DNA from: a virus
Length of the DNA: 62,382 nt
Direction: 5' to 3' (one strand)
IMG/VR virus record: IMGVR_UViG_3300037418_002157
Shown here: positions 33,134-41,462 of the stretch, in pieces
Position numbering within the stretch: the first letter of the stretch is position 1
Layout of the letters: each line of letters begins with the position of its first letter
Program-made: the position numbers and the translations under genes
Notes under the pieces: model-generated
Told to the model about the DNA's origin: nothing
The model's input: only the letters and a program-made list of their open reading frames with translations
The model's database searches: none

Positions 33134-33928
33134 ATGCCTGCGAAGCGTCAGCCGGCCCGCCGCACCACCCGCACCGCGCCCGCGCGACGCCGGAAACCGG
33201 CAGCCCGCACCTCCGCGCGCAAGCACCCCGCCCGCCGCGTCAAAATCCCCCGCACCGGGCCGATCCACGCCAGGATCACCGCCCGCATGGTCCTCTTCGC
33301 CGTCTCCAAGTTCGACACCCACGACGACGTCGTCCGCTCCCGCAAAGACGCCGCAATCCTCCGCGCCACCCACCAGGGCTGCCCCAAATGCAAGGGCAAC
33401 GGGCAGATCTTCACCAAGGGCAAGAACGGCGAGTTCACCGGCTCCAAGCCCTGCCCCGCCCCCGCCACCAAGCAGCGCGTCAGCCGGTGGGAGATCTACA
33501 AAGCGTCCCGGTTCGGCCCCGACAAGAACACCGGCCTCGTCGGATGGGCCTGCCCCTGCGGCAAGAAGGAGAAGCCCCGCTACCGGGACGCCAAAGAAGC
33601 CACGAAAGCGCTGCGCACCCACGAACGGAACAAGCACGGCGGGAAGAGCGTCGGCGGCGCCTGGTACGCGCAGACCACCGCGGCCGCCGCCGAGCAGCCG
33701 CAGCAGCAGGCGGCCGTGCCGTCGAAGACCGTCACTGACTCCGGCATGACCGACGAACAGTGGATCAAGCAGAACAAGAAGATCCACCCCGGCAAAGCCA
33801 TTGCGCAGGGCGTGTGCTGGATGTGCGGCGGAAACGGCAAGCTGCACGGAGCCTTCGGCGGCGAACAGATCCTCGCCGTCTGCCCCGAGTGCCAGGGAAG
33901 CGGCAAGCCAGCGAAAGCGACGGCCTGA
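33134..33928 (+). CDS. Basic protein with DnaJ-type CxxCxGxG zinc-finger repeats (264 aa)
   Basis: Arg-rich N-terminus. CPKCKGNGQ, CWMCGGNGK and CPECQGSGK. ATG at 33134 after GAGGAG. Confidence 0.6.
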   Translation: MPAKRQPARRTTRTAPARRRKPAARTSARKHPARRVKIPRTGPIHARITARMVLFAVSKFDTHDDVVRSRKDAAILRATHQGCPKCKGNGQIFTKGKNGEFTGSKPCPAPATKQRVSRWEIYKASRFGPDKNTGLVGWACPCGKKEKPRYRDAKEATKALRTHERNKHGGKSVGGAWYAQTTAAAAEQPQQQAAVPSKTVTDSGMTDEQWIKQNKKIHPGKAIAQGVCWMCGGNGKLHGAFGGEQILAVCPECQGSGKPAKATA

Positions 33929-34443
33929 TGACCGCGCCCACCACGAGAGCCAGAACCAGCGCACCCGCCCCGGCCGAACTCGACCTGGACGCGCGGCTCG
34001 CACTGGTGGGCGCCCTCATGGACGAACGCCTCGCCCTCGCCAACCTCAGCTTCGAAGTCGACACCGCCCACATCCCCGCAGCCGACCCCATCCCCAAAAT
34101 CACCGCACCCCCGCTCATCGCACCCACGCCGACACCCTGCCCGTACAGCACGCCGATCGCCGCCACCCTCCATAACGCCCGCGTCCGGCTGGAGACCGGC
34201 GGCTGGTGCACCGGAGCGTTGCGCGACGAACAGGACGCCCGCTGCCTCATCGGCGCCATCCGCGCCGAAGCGCCCGGCCAGCATGCGGCCGACGACGCGT
34301 GCGTACTGCTGCTGGAGACCATCCGGAGGGACTTCCGCGACGCCGACACCATCCCCAGCTGGAACGACAACCAGCGCGACTCGCGACTCCCGCTGCTCTA
34401 CCTCGACCGGGCCGCCACACTCGCCCACGCGCGCGGGCTCTAG
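33928..34443 (+). CDS. Hypothetical protein (171 aa)
   Basis: Tail of ORF 33760..34443 from the coupled ATG at 33928. Confidence 0.6.
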   Translation: MTAPTTRARTSAPAPAELDLDARLALVGALMDERLALANLSFEVDTAHIPAADPIPKITAPPLIAPTPTPCPYSTPIAATLHNARVRLETGGWCTGALRDEQDARCLIGAIRAEAPGQHAADDACVLLLETIRRDFRDADTIPSWNDNQRDSRLPLLYLDRAATLAHARGL

Positions 34444-34449
34444 GGGCAG

Positions 34450-34764
34450 CTACGGCGCCCAGCCCTGCTGATAGCCCGCGTTATCGGCATGCTCCCAAGC
34501 CAGCATTCGCAGCTGCCGCTCGGCAATCCTGCCCGTCGGGCCAGCCGTGCCCAGATAGGGCACCACGGTCTCCTCCAAGAACCGGGCACGGGTCTCGGCG
34601 GCGTGCAGGCTCGCGCGGGCCCGATCCGCGGCAGCGTTGCGGGACACGCCGAAACGCTCCTCGGCGTTGGTGACAAACACGTTCCCGAACTCGCGGGCAC
34701 GGGTGATCGCCTCGGCATAGCGGGCGCGCAGGAACTCCACCATCGCGGCAATGTCATCGGTCAC
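34450..34764 (-). CDS. DUF6221-like protein (104 aa)
   Basis: N-terminal IAAMVEFLRARYAEA and C-terminal ...GWAP. Paralogue-like to 35548-35940. Confidence 0.6.
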   Translation of the reverse strand: MTDDIAAMVEFLRARYAEAITRAREFGNVFVTNAEERFGVSRNAAADRARASLHAAETRARFLEETVVPYLGTAGPTGRIAERQLRMLAWEHADNAGYQQGWAP

Positions 34765-34888
34765 GCTTCATCATCCCCCGATCGCCCAAAGCCTTTGAGG
34801 CCGCACTAGCGCCCCGGCGGTGTCAACCCCTCATGCCACACTTGACGCAGAGTCACCAGCGCCCCCGCACCGCCGCCGAGGAGCCGCC

Positions 34889-35551
34889 ATGCACGACCAG
34901 CCCGACGACAGCTATGAGTGGCCGACCTGTGGCTGCTGCACCCGCCCCCTTCGGCACGACGAACTCGGCCGCGTAGCCTGCCGGCTGTGTCAGGAACGCG
35001 CTGAAACAGCGCTGCGGCAACTCTGCGGCCGTGACGGTCTGTACGCGCGGCTTGCCACCGTCCTCACCCCCGGAAGTGGCGGCGGCATGCCCGTCTCCGG
35101 ATCCCGCACCGCACCCCTCCCGCTCCGACTCGAGCCGCTCAGCCTCATGGCCCGCGGCGGCGTCGTCACCGTGCTGCAGACGTGGCAGGTCGACTGGCAC
35201 GAGCAGTTGGGCTGGCGGCACCCGCGCTGGGAAGGCACCCTGCAGCAGCAACTCGAGCAGACCGTAACCGCGCTGTACAACAACCTCGAATGGGCCGCCG
35301 GCAGCCACCCCGCCTTCGGCGAATTCGTCCACGAAGTCACGAGCCTGGTCCGGCAATGCGAGCGGCAGATCACCGGCGAACGGCGGGAGCGGCCCATCGC
35401 CGTCGCCTGCCCCTGTGGCGCGACGCTACGGATCACCGTGTCGACACCTGGCGTGCGCTGCTATGGCTGCGGGGAGCAGTACGGGCGCACTGAGGTTCTC
35501 GACCTGCCGTTGGCCGCGCGCGCAGCCGGACAGACAGGAGCCGCAGCATGA
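34889..35551 (+). CDS. Hypothetical zinc-ribbon protein (220 aa)
   Basis: ORF 34820..35551 trimmed to the ATG at 34889, which has a GAGGAG RBS. CGCC...CRLC and CPCG...CYGCG. Confidence 0.6.
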   Translation: MHDQPDDSYEWPTCGCCTRPLRHDELGRVACRLCQERAETALRQLCGRDGLYARLATVLTPGSGGGMPVSGSRTAPLPLRLEPLSLMARGGVVTVLQTWQVDWHEQLGWRHPRWEGTLQQQLEQTVTALYNNLEWAAGSHPAFGEFVHEVTSLVRQCERQITGERRERPIAVACPCGATLRITVSTPGVRCYGCGEQYGRTEVLDLPLAARAAGQTGAAA

Positions 35552-35940
35552 GTGACATCGCCGACTTCCTGCGGGCCCGATATGCAGAACGGCGGGCGCT
35601 CGCCGAAGCCGCCAGCCCTGGCCCGTGGCACGCCAACGCCGAACACGACGAAGTGCTCGCCGCCGACGGCATCACCGTCGCCGACGGATTCGCCCTCAGT
35701 GGCAGGCAACTCCGCGCCACCGTCGACCACATCGCCGCCAACGATCCCGAGGCGGTCATCGCCGACTGCGACACCAAGCTCGCCATCGTCAAGCACATGG
35801 ACGAGACGGTGAAGTTCGCGGAGGGCGACACGGAAGTCGACCACTACGGCGCCCTCGACGCGGCCGACCAGACCCTGCGCCACCTCGCCCAGCCGTTCGC
35901 CGGGCACCCCGACCATAAAGGCGAGGAATGGGCGCCGTGA
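35548..35940 (+). CDS. DUF6221-like protein (130 aa)
   Basis: MSDIADFLRARYAERRALAEAASPGPWH...HPDHKGEEWAP. Confidence 0.6.
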   Translation: MSDIADFLRARYAERRALAEAASPGPWHANAEHDEVLAADGITVADGFALSGRQLRATVDHIAANDPEAVIADCDTKLAIVKHMDETVKFAEGDTEVDHYGALDAADQTLRHLAQPFAGHPDHKGEEWAP

Positions 35941-36045
35941 GTGGGCAGGCCGCATGGCCCATCTGAACCCGAAAACCCTCAACCACAACTTGACAGTTCA
36001 CCAGGGCAGAAGCCATGATCTGCTCAAATAGCCTTCGTGCGCTTT

Positions 36046-36071
36046 GAGCCCCACCCCAACCGGTGGGGCTC
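36046..36071 (+). terminator. Stem-loop at the early/late boundary
   Basis: Perfect 10-bp stem gagccccacc / ggtggggctc with loop ccaacc. Confidence 0.5.
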
Positions 36072-36095
36072 AGCCATATCCCGGGGTGGTGAACG

Positions 36096-36308
36096 ATGCC
36101 CCTCGCCCTCGTCTCAGCACAAGACGCCGCCTGGTACACCGGCCGGGCAGTCGGCACCATCTGGCGGTGGGCATCCGAAGGACGCATCACCAGCCACGGC
36201 GGCCGATACGACGTCCGCGAACTCCCCGGCAAGATCGTCGACGACGTCACCGGCGAACTTCGGCTCGGCGAGCCGCCGCCATTGCCCGCTGGAAACCGCG
36301 CCGCCTGA
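36096..36308 (+). CDS. HTH DNA-binding protein (70 aa), first gene of the late block
   Basis: AAWYTGRAVGTIWRWASEGRITSHGGRYDVRELP is a MerR/excisionase-type HTH pattern. Confidence 0.6.
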   Translation: MPLALVSAQDAAWYTGRAVGTIWRWASEGRITSHGGRYDVRELPGKIVDDVTGELRLGEPPPLPAGNRAA

Positions 36309-36371
36309 TCGTCCCGCCGTCCGTCACGCCCCCGTCATGGACGGCGGGACCCACCGCACGGGAGGTGCCGC

Positions 36372-37829
36372 ATGCCATTCCCGTCAGGCACCACCGTCGT
36401 CACCCTCACCGGCACACTCCCTTCCGCTGTCGCCGGCACCGGATACGGCGGGCAGATCGTGCTCACCCCTTCGGCAGAACTGATCGACAACACGCATCAC
36501 GCCGTCTATCCCGGCGGCGGCAAAGTCGACATCACCGCCGGTACCTTCTCGGTGCAGCTCATCCCGAACAACGCGTCAGGGATCCTGCCTGCCGGGTGGA
36601 AGTGGCACGTCGACCTTCAGCCCGTAGGCGGCAAGCGCATCACGTTCTGGACCGACATCTACGGCGACAACGGCGCCACCATTGACTTCGACACCCTCGT
36701 GCCCGTACCCGCTCCAGGCGGCGGGCCGAGCAGCGGCGGAAGTGGCGGCAGCGGCACTCCGACCGGTCCCGCAGGCGGCGACCTCACCGGCACGTACCCC
36801 AACCCCACCGTCGCCAAGATCAAAGGCGTTACGGTCAACGGGACACCGGCAGCCGGCCAAGTGCCCACCGCCACCTCCAGCACCGCCGCCTCGTGGCAGA
36901 CACCGACTCCCGCCCCGAACCCGGCCGGCACGGTCGTGACGGAAGCCGCCTTCGGGCAGGCATCGTCCGCCGGAGCAGCGTCCACCTATTCGCGCGGCGA
37001 CCACACCCACGGAACACCCACCCTGCCCTCGGCGAGCACGTCGACCGCGGGCATCGTCCAACTGGACGGCACCGCCACCGACATTCAGGCGCTCGGCGCG
37101 CAAGCCGCCGGCAGCGTCGGTAGGGCGGCAGACGCCGGCCACGTGCACCCCACCACAGGCCTGGTGCTCGCATCGGATCCGCGGCTCACGGACAGCCGGA
37201 ACCCGACGGGATCGGCATCAGGAGACCTGACGGGAACCTACCCGGGCCCCACCGTGGCGAAGGTCAACGGCGTTGCCGTCACAGGCACGCCGACCAGCGG
37301 GCAAGTACTCACCGCCTCATCCGGCACGGCAGCTTCCTGGCAGACCCCATCCGGTGGCGGAAGCGGCACCACGATCAAAACGGCCACCGTGCGGATCACC
37401 GACGACAACCTCAGCGGCCTGCCGTCGGCGCCGTCATGGACGGTCGCACAAACCTCCGCAGGCACCAAGCTGCAATGCGCCATCGCCGCGACTGCGGGCG
37501 ACCGCATCCGGGTGTGCGCTGCGTTCATGCGGTCGGGAAGCCACGCACTGGACTGGGCGCTGCTCGACAACACCGGGGCCATCGCGCAGTACGCCGGGTC
37601 CGGCACAAGCTCTCCGCTGGCTGAGGGGCATCCAGCGCTGTATCCCAGCCTGAGCTTCAGCTATGTGACGGGCGATGAGATGTTCACTGTCAGCTCCGGC
37701 CACATCGACGGAACCGGAAAGATCACAGTCGCGCTGGCCCACCAGGGCACGGCCGCCGCCACCGTGTACGCGCACACCACCTACCCGTGGCGGCTGCGGC
37801 TGGAGAACATCGGCCCCGAGCCGGCCTGA
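36372..37829 (+). CDS. Tail-fibre-like protein with an internal 43-aa duplication (485 aa)
   Basis: Gly-rich linker. Repeats GDLTGTYP(N/G)PTVAK(I/V)(K/N)GV.V.GTP..GQV.TA.S.TAASWQTP at aa 136-178 and 284-326. Motifs of the STAGIVQL type. Confidence 0.65.
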   Translation: MPFPSGTTVVTLTGTLPSAVAGTGYGGQIVLTPSAELIDNTHHAVYPGGGKVDITAGTFSVQLIPNNASGILPAGWKWHVDLQPVGGKRITFWTDIYGDNGATIDFDTLVPVPAPGGGPSSGGSGGSGTPTGPAGGDLTGTYPNPTVAKIKGVTVNGTPAAGQVPTATSSTAASWQTPTPAPNPAGTVVTEAAFGQASSAGAASTYSRGDHTHGTPTLPSASTSTAGIVQLDGTATDIQALGAQAAGSVGRAADAGHVHPTTGLVLASDPRLTDSRNPTGSASGDLTGTYPGPTVAKVNGVAVTGTPTSGQVLTASSGTAASWQTPSGGGSGTTIKTATVRITDDNLSGLPSAPSWTVAQTSAGTKLQCAIAATAGDRIRVCAAFMRSGSHALDWALLDNTGAIAQYAGSGTSSPLAEGHPALYPSLSFSYVTGDEMFTVSSGHIDGTGKITVALAHQGTAAATVYAHTTYPWRLRLENIGPEPA

Positions 37830-37894
37830 CCCGACGCACACGCCACCACCGCCTGAGGCGCGGCCACGCGGCCTCGACACTCTAGGAGCCTCGC

Positions 37895-38227
37895 ATGCCT
37901 CGCACCGCCCTCACTCCAGTCCAGGCCACGCGTGCCGGAACGGTCCTCCCTGCAGCCACCGCCGGTGACGTCGCCAACGGCAACAGCGTCGCCAACGACG
38001 GCCGTGTCGTCCTCATCGTCAAGAACACCAACGGGACGTCGACCACACGCAACATCACCTTCGCGTTCACGAAGACCGTCGATGGACAGGCCGTCACCGC
38101 CCGGTCCGAGGCCATCCCGGCCGGAGAGACGCAGGTGTTCGGGCCGTTCCCGCCCACCGACTACGGCACATCTCTCGCCGTCAACGTCGACAACGCCGAG
38201 TTGACCGTGCAGGTCGTCCGGGTCTGA
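37895..38227 (+). CDS. Hypothetical protein (110 aa)
   Basis: ORF track. High GC3. Confidence 0.6.
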   Translation: MPRTALTPVQATRAGTVLPAATAGDVANGNSVANDGRVVLIVKNTNGTSTTRNITFAFTKTVDGQAVTARSEAIPAGETQVFGPFPPTDYGTSLAVNVDNAELTVQVVRV

Positions 38228-38319
38228 TCGACAGGATCGTCACGACAGCATCACAGAGGCTCCACTCTGCGTCAGTTGTCCCTATGCTCCCCGGGTCAGC
38301 ACGACCCAAGGGGGCACCA

Positions 38320-38496
38320 ATGAACACGATCAAGACACGGCGCAAGATGGGGTGGATCGCACTCACCTTCCACTGGACGATGATGGTCATGACCGTCGGA
38401 CTCTGGACGCCGATCTACCTCGCCGCACGACGCAGGCGCGTCACCGTCACGCACATCCCCAACGGCTACGCGGGGCCCGTGCCGCCCATGCGGTAG
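38320..38496 (+). CDS. Small membrane protein (58 aa)
   Basis: ORF 38284..38496 trimmed to the ATG at 38320, which has an AAGGGGG RBS. TM helix GWIALTFHWTMMVMTVGLWTPIYL. Confidence 0.5.
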   Translation: MNTIKTRRKMGWIALTFHWTMMVMTVGLWTPIYLAARRRRVTVTHIPNGYAGPVPPMR

Positions 38497-38519
38497 CCCA
38501 GCCTTTTTCTGGAGGCCCC

Positions 38520-38873
38520 ATGCCATTTCGGCTCAAGCCTCCCTGCTCACGGCCCGGCTGCGACCAGGCCAAGCCCTGCCCGATCCACGGCCGGGACACG
38601 CGACGGCGAGGCGGTGCACGTCAGCGCGGCTACACCACACGCCACGAGGACCGCTTCCGTCGTGGCGTTCTGGATGCTCAGCCAGTGTGTGTCCTGTGCC
38701 GTAGAGCGCCAGCCACAGAGGCAGACCACTGGCCCAAGTCCAGGCAGCAGCTTGAGGCTGAAGGCCTGGACGCCAACGATCCGCAGTACGGCCGAGGCTT
38801 GTGCAAGCCGTGCCACAGCCGAGAGACCGCGCGTCATCAGCCCGGAGGTTGGGCAGCCGAACAGCAGAGGTGA
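38520..38873 (+). CDS. HNH endonuclease (117 aa)
   Basis: CVLCRRAPATEADHWP...GLCKPCHSRET. Located next to the terminase genes. Confidence 0.85.
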   Translation: MPFRLKPPCSRPGCDQAKPCPIHGRDTRRRGGARQRGYTTRHEDRFRRGVLDAQPVCVLCRRAPATEADHWPKSRQQLEAEGLDANDPQYGRGLCKPCHSRETARHQPGGWAAEQQR

Positions 38874-38879
38874 TAGCCG

Positions 38880-39065
38880 ATGCCAAAGGGACGCAGTGGG
38901 CGAGCGCGGGGCATCGTGGCCGGCCGACAGCAGGTGTACGAACGCCTCAAGGTCACGATAGGGAAGACGCGAGCCGCGAAGATCGCCAACGCGGGAAAGA
39001 CGCATCAGGATCGAGTTCGGATGGCTCGGAAGGCTGCTCGGACACGCAAGATCCATGGACGATGA
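38880..39065 (+). CDS. Small basic hypothetical protein (61 aa), uncertain
   Basis: ORF track. GC3 is only about 70 percent, lower than neighbouring genes. Confidence 0.35.
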   Translation: MPKGRSGRARGIVAGRQQVYERLKVTIGKTRAAKIANAGKTHQDRVRMARKAARTRKIHGR

Positions 39066-39181
39066 TCACGACGCGAGCGGGCGGGCAGGGGTACCACCCC
39101 CACGCGCGCGCGTGAGGGACCGCGGGGGAGGGAAATTCCTGACGCCGCAGTTCAGAGCCTTCCGATCGGGGGTGATCTTGC

Positions 39182-39769
39182 ATGGCCGTGCCTGGCCGCA
39201 AGCCAAAGCCCCCGCTGCAGGTCGTCCGTGAGGGCAACCCGGGGAAGCGCCCGGTTCGTGAGGGCGTGAAGCTTCCGCCGGCCGAACTGGTCGAGCCGGA
39301 CTGGTCGTCGTTCTTCCCCTCCTCACGTATGCCTCCAAAGCCTCGGGCTCCGCGGGGTGCAGACGACGAGGAACTGAAGGAGTACCGGCGCGAGGTCGCG
39401 CACTGGCAGCGGCTGAAGCTTGCGCAGGAGGCCGCCCAGTTCGGGCGTGAGGTCGCCGGCCGGGAGTGGCAGCGGGTCGTTCCGGTGCTGCAGCAGATGG
39501 CCGGGCTGACTTCGGTGGACCGGTCGACGGCCGTGGACTACTGCGTGTGCGTGGCCCGGCTGGAGTGGTGTGAGCGGCAGCTGTCCATCGAGGGTCTGGT
39601 GACGATGGGGCAGCGGGGCCCGTGCCGGAATCCGTTGACGACGATCGCGTCGCAGTACCGGACGCAGTTGAAGGCGTACATCGGGGAGCTTGGCCTGTCG
39701 CCGTCTGCTCGCGGTCGGCTGACGCCGCCGGAGGGTGGCGACGATGACGACGACGACACCTTCGACTGA
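39182..39769 (+). CDS. Terminase small subunit (P27-like)
   Basis: REGNPGKRP N-terminal motif and an acidic C-terminal tail DDDDDDTFD. Immediately upstream of TerL. Confidence 0.8.
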   Translation: MAVPGRKPKPPLQVVREGNPGKRPVREGVKLPPAELVEPDWSSFFPSSRMPPKPRAPRGADDEELKEYRREVAHWQRLKLAQEAAQFGREVAGREWQRVVPVLQQMAGLTSVDRSTAVDYCVCVARLEWCERQLSIEGLVTMGQRGPCRNPLTTIASQYRTQLKAYIGELGLSPSARGRLTPPEGGDDDDDDTFD

Positions 39770-41453
39770 TGGGCTGCCGGTTCCGCGTGAGGCGCTGTAC
39801 GAGCTGGGGCTGAGCGATGAGGAGATCGAACAGGCTTTGGCGTCCCGGCCGTTGGTGGTCGCGAACCAGGCGCACGAGCAGGAGGGTGCCTGGTTCGACG
39901 TCGAGGCGGCACGGCGGGCGGTCCGGGCGATCCAGTCGTTCAAGCACACGAAGGGCCGGTGGGGTGCGACGCCGCTGAAGCTGGCGCCGTGGCAGTTGGT
40001 GTGGGTGATCGCGCCGGTGTTCGGCTGGCTGTGGCACGATCCGGAGCTCGGCCGGCCGGTGCGGGTGGTGCGGGCCTGCTGGATCGAGGTGCCCCGCAAG
40101 AACGGCAAGTCGACATTGTCGTCGGGTATAGGCCTGACGCTGCTCCTGGCGGACCGGGAGATCGGCGCCGAGGTGTATGCGGCGGCGGGATCGCTAGAGC
40201 AAGCGAAGCGCGTGTTCGACGATGCGAAGCGGATGGCGCAGACGTCGAAGGCGGTGAAGGGCCGGGCCGAGGTGTTGACTTCGGTGATCCGGGTGCCGCG
40301 CACGGGCGGTGTCTTCCGCGCGCTGTCGCGGATCGCGGAGACCGCGCATGGCCTGAACGTCTCGGGCGCGGTGATCGACGAGGTCCACGTGCACAAGTCG
40401 AGGGATCTGATCGATGCGATCGAGACGGGCACGGGTGCACGTGATCAGCCGCTGATTGTGTTCATCACGACGGCGGACGACGCTCAAGAGGGCTCGATCT
40501 ACGACGAGAAGCACTCCTACACCCGCAAGGTCGCCGAGCACGTTGTCCAGGATCCCGCACACTACGGGGTGATCTGGGCGGCCGACGAGTCCGACGATCC
40601 GTTCGACGAGACGACGTGGCGGCACGCGAACCCCGGGTTGGGAACCTCGCCGACGCTGGCGTATCTGCGGCGTGAGGCGAACAAGGCGCAGGCGACACCG
40701 TCTTACTTCCCGACGTTCCTGCGGCTGTCGCTGAACATCCGCGAGAAGGCTTCTACGCGGTGGATCGACGTCCGGTCGTGGGATCGCGTGGCGGGCATGG
40801 TCGATGAGTCGTCGCTGAAGGGCCGTCGGGCGTGGGGCGGGCTCGACTTGTCGGCGGTGTCCGACCTGAGCGCCTGGGTGCTGGCGGTGGAGTCGAAGCA
40901 GCCGGGTGTGGAGCTGGAGTTGGTGTCCCGGTTCTGGCTGCCGTCGGAGCGGCTGGAGGAACTGCAGCGGCATCTGCAGGTGCCGTTGGCGCAGTGGGCG
41001 CGTGAGGGCTTCCTGAAGCTGACCGAGGGCGATGCGATCGACTACGACACGATCGAGAAGCAGGTGCTGGAGGACTGCAAGCATTTCGACGTGCAGTGGA
41101 TCGGCTACGACCGCATGTTCGCCGGCCAGCTGGTGCAGAACGTGGACCGGGAGACGAAGCGCGGCGTGAAGGTGTCGCCGATCTCGCAGACGTTCCTCGG
41201 TCTGTCACCGGCGTGCAAGGAGTTGGACCGGCTGCTGCTGGAGCAGCGTTTCCGGCATGGCGGGCATCCGATTCTGCGATGGATGGCCGGGTGTGTGGAG
41301 ACCATCGCGGATGGCAACGACAACTACCGGCCGACGAAGCCGGACCGGAAGAAGTCGCAGGCCCGGATTGATGGTGTCGCAGCGACGGTGATGGGCCTGG
41401 ACGGATATCTGCGCAGGCCGAAGGCGAAATCCCGGATAGCGGTCGGATTCTGA
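39735..41453 (+). CDS. Terminase large subunit
   Basis: 572 aa. Walker A-like VPRKNGKS, Walker B VIDEVH, and a C-terminal RNaseH-like nuclease region (GLDLS...DG). Confidence 0.93.
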   Translation: MATMTTTTPSTDGLPVPREALYELGLSDEEIEQALASRPLVVANQAHEQEGAWFDVEAARRAVRAIQSFKHTKGRWGATPLKLAPWQLVWVIAPVFGWLWHDPELGRPVRVVRACWIEVPRKNGKSTLSSGIGLTLLLADREIGAEVYAAAGSLEQAKRVFDDAKRMAQTSKAVKGRAEVLTSVIRVPRTGGVFRALSRIAETAHGLNVSGAVIDEVHVHKSRDLIDAIETGTGARDQPLIVFITTADDAQEGSIYDEKHSYTRKVAEHVVQDPAHYGVIWAADESDDPFDETTWRHANPGLGTSPTLAYLRREANKAQATPSYFPTFLRLSLNIREKASTRWIDVRSWDRVAGMVDESSLKGRRAWGGLDLSAVSDLSAWVLAVESKQPGVELELVSRFWLPSERLEELQRHLQVPLAQWAREGFLKLTEGDAIDYDTIEKQVLEDCKHFDVQWIGYDRMFAGQLVQNVDRETKRGVKVSPISQTFLGLSPACKELDRLLLEQRFRHGGHPILRWMAGCVETIADGNDNYRPTKPDRKKSQARIDGVAATVMGLDGYLRRPKAKSRIAVGF

Positions 41454-41462
41454 CGCGAGGGG

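Noticed and set aside
39066-39181. A cos site between the HNH/small basic ORF and the small terminase gene
   Set aside because: An HNH gene next to the terminase genes suggests cos-type packaging, and the interval is GC-rich (cgcgcgcgcg). However, cohesive ends cannot be deduced from sequence alone, so it is not annotated.
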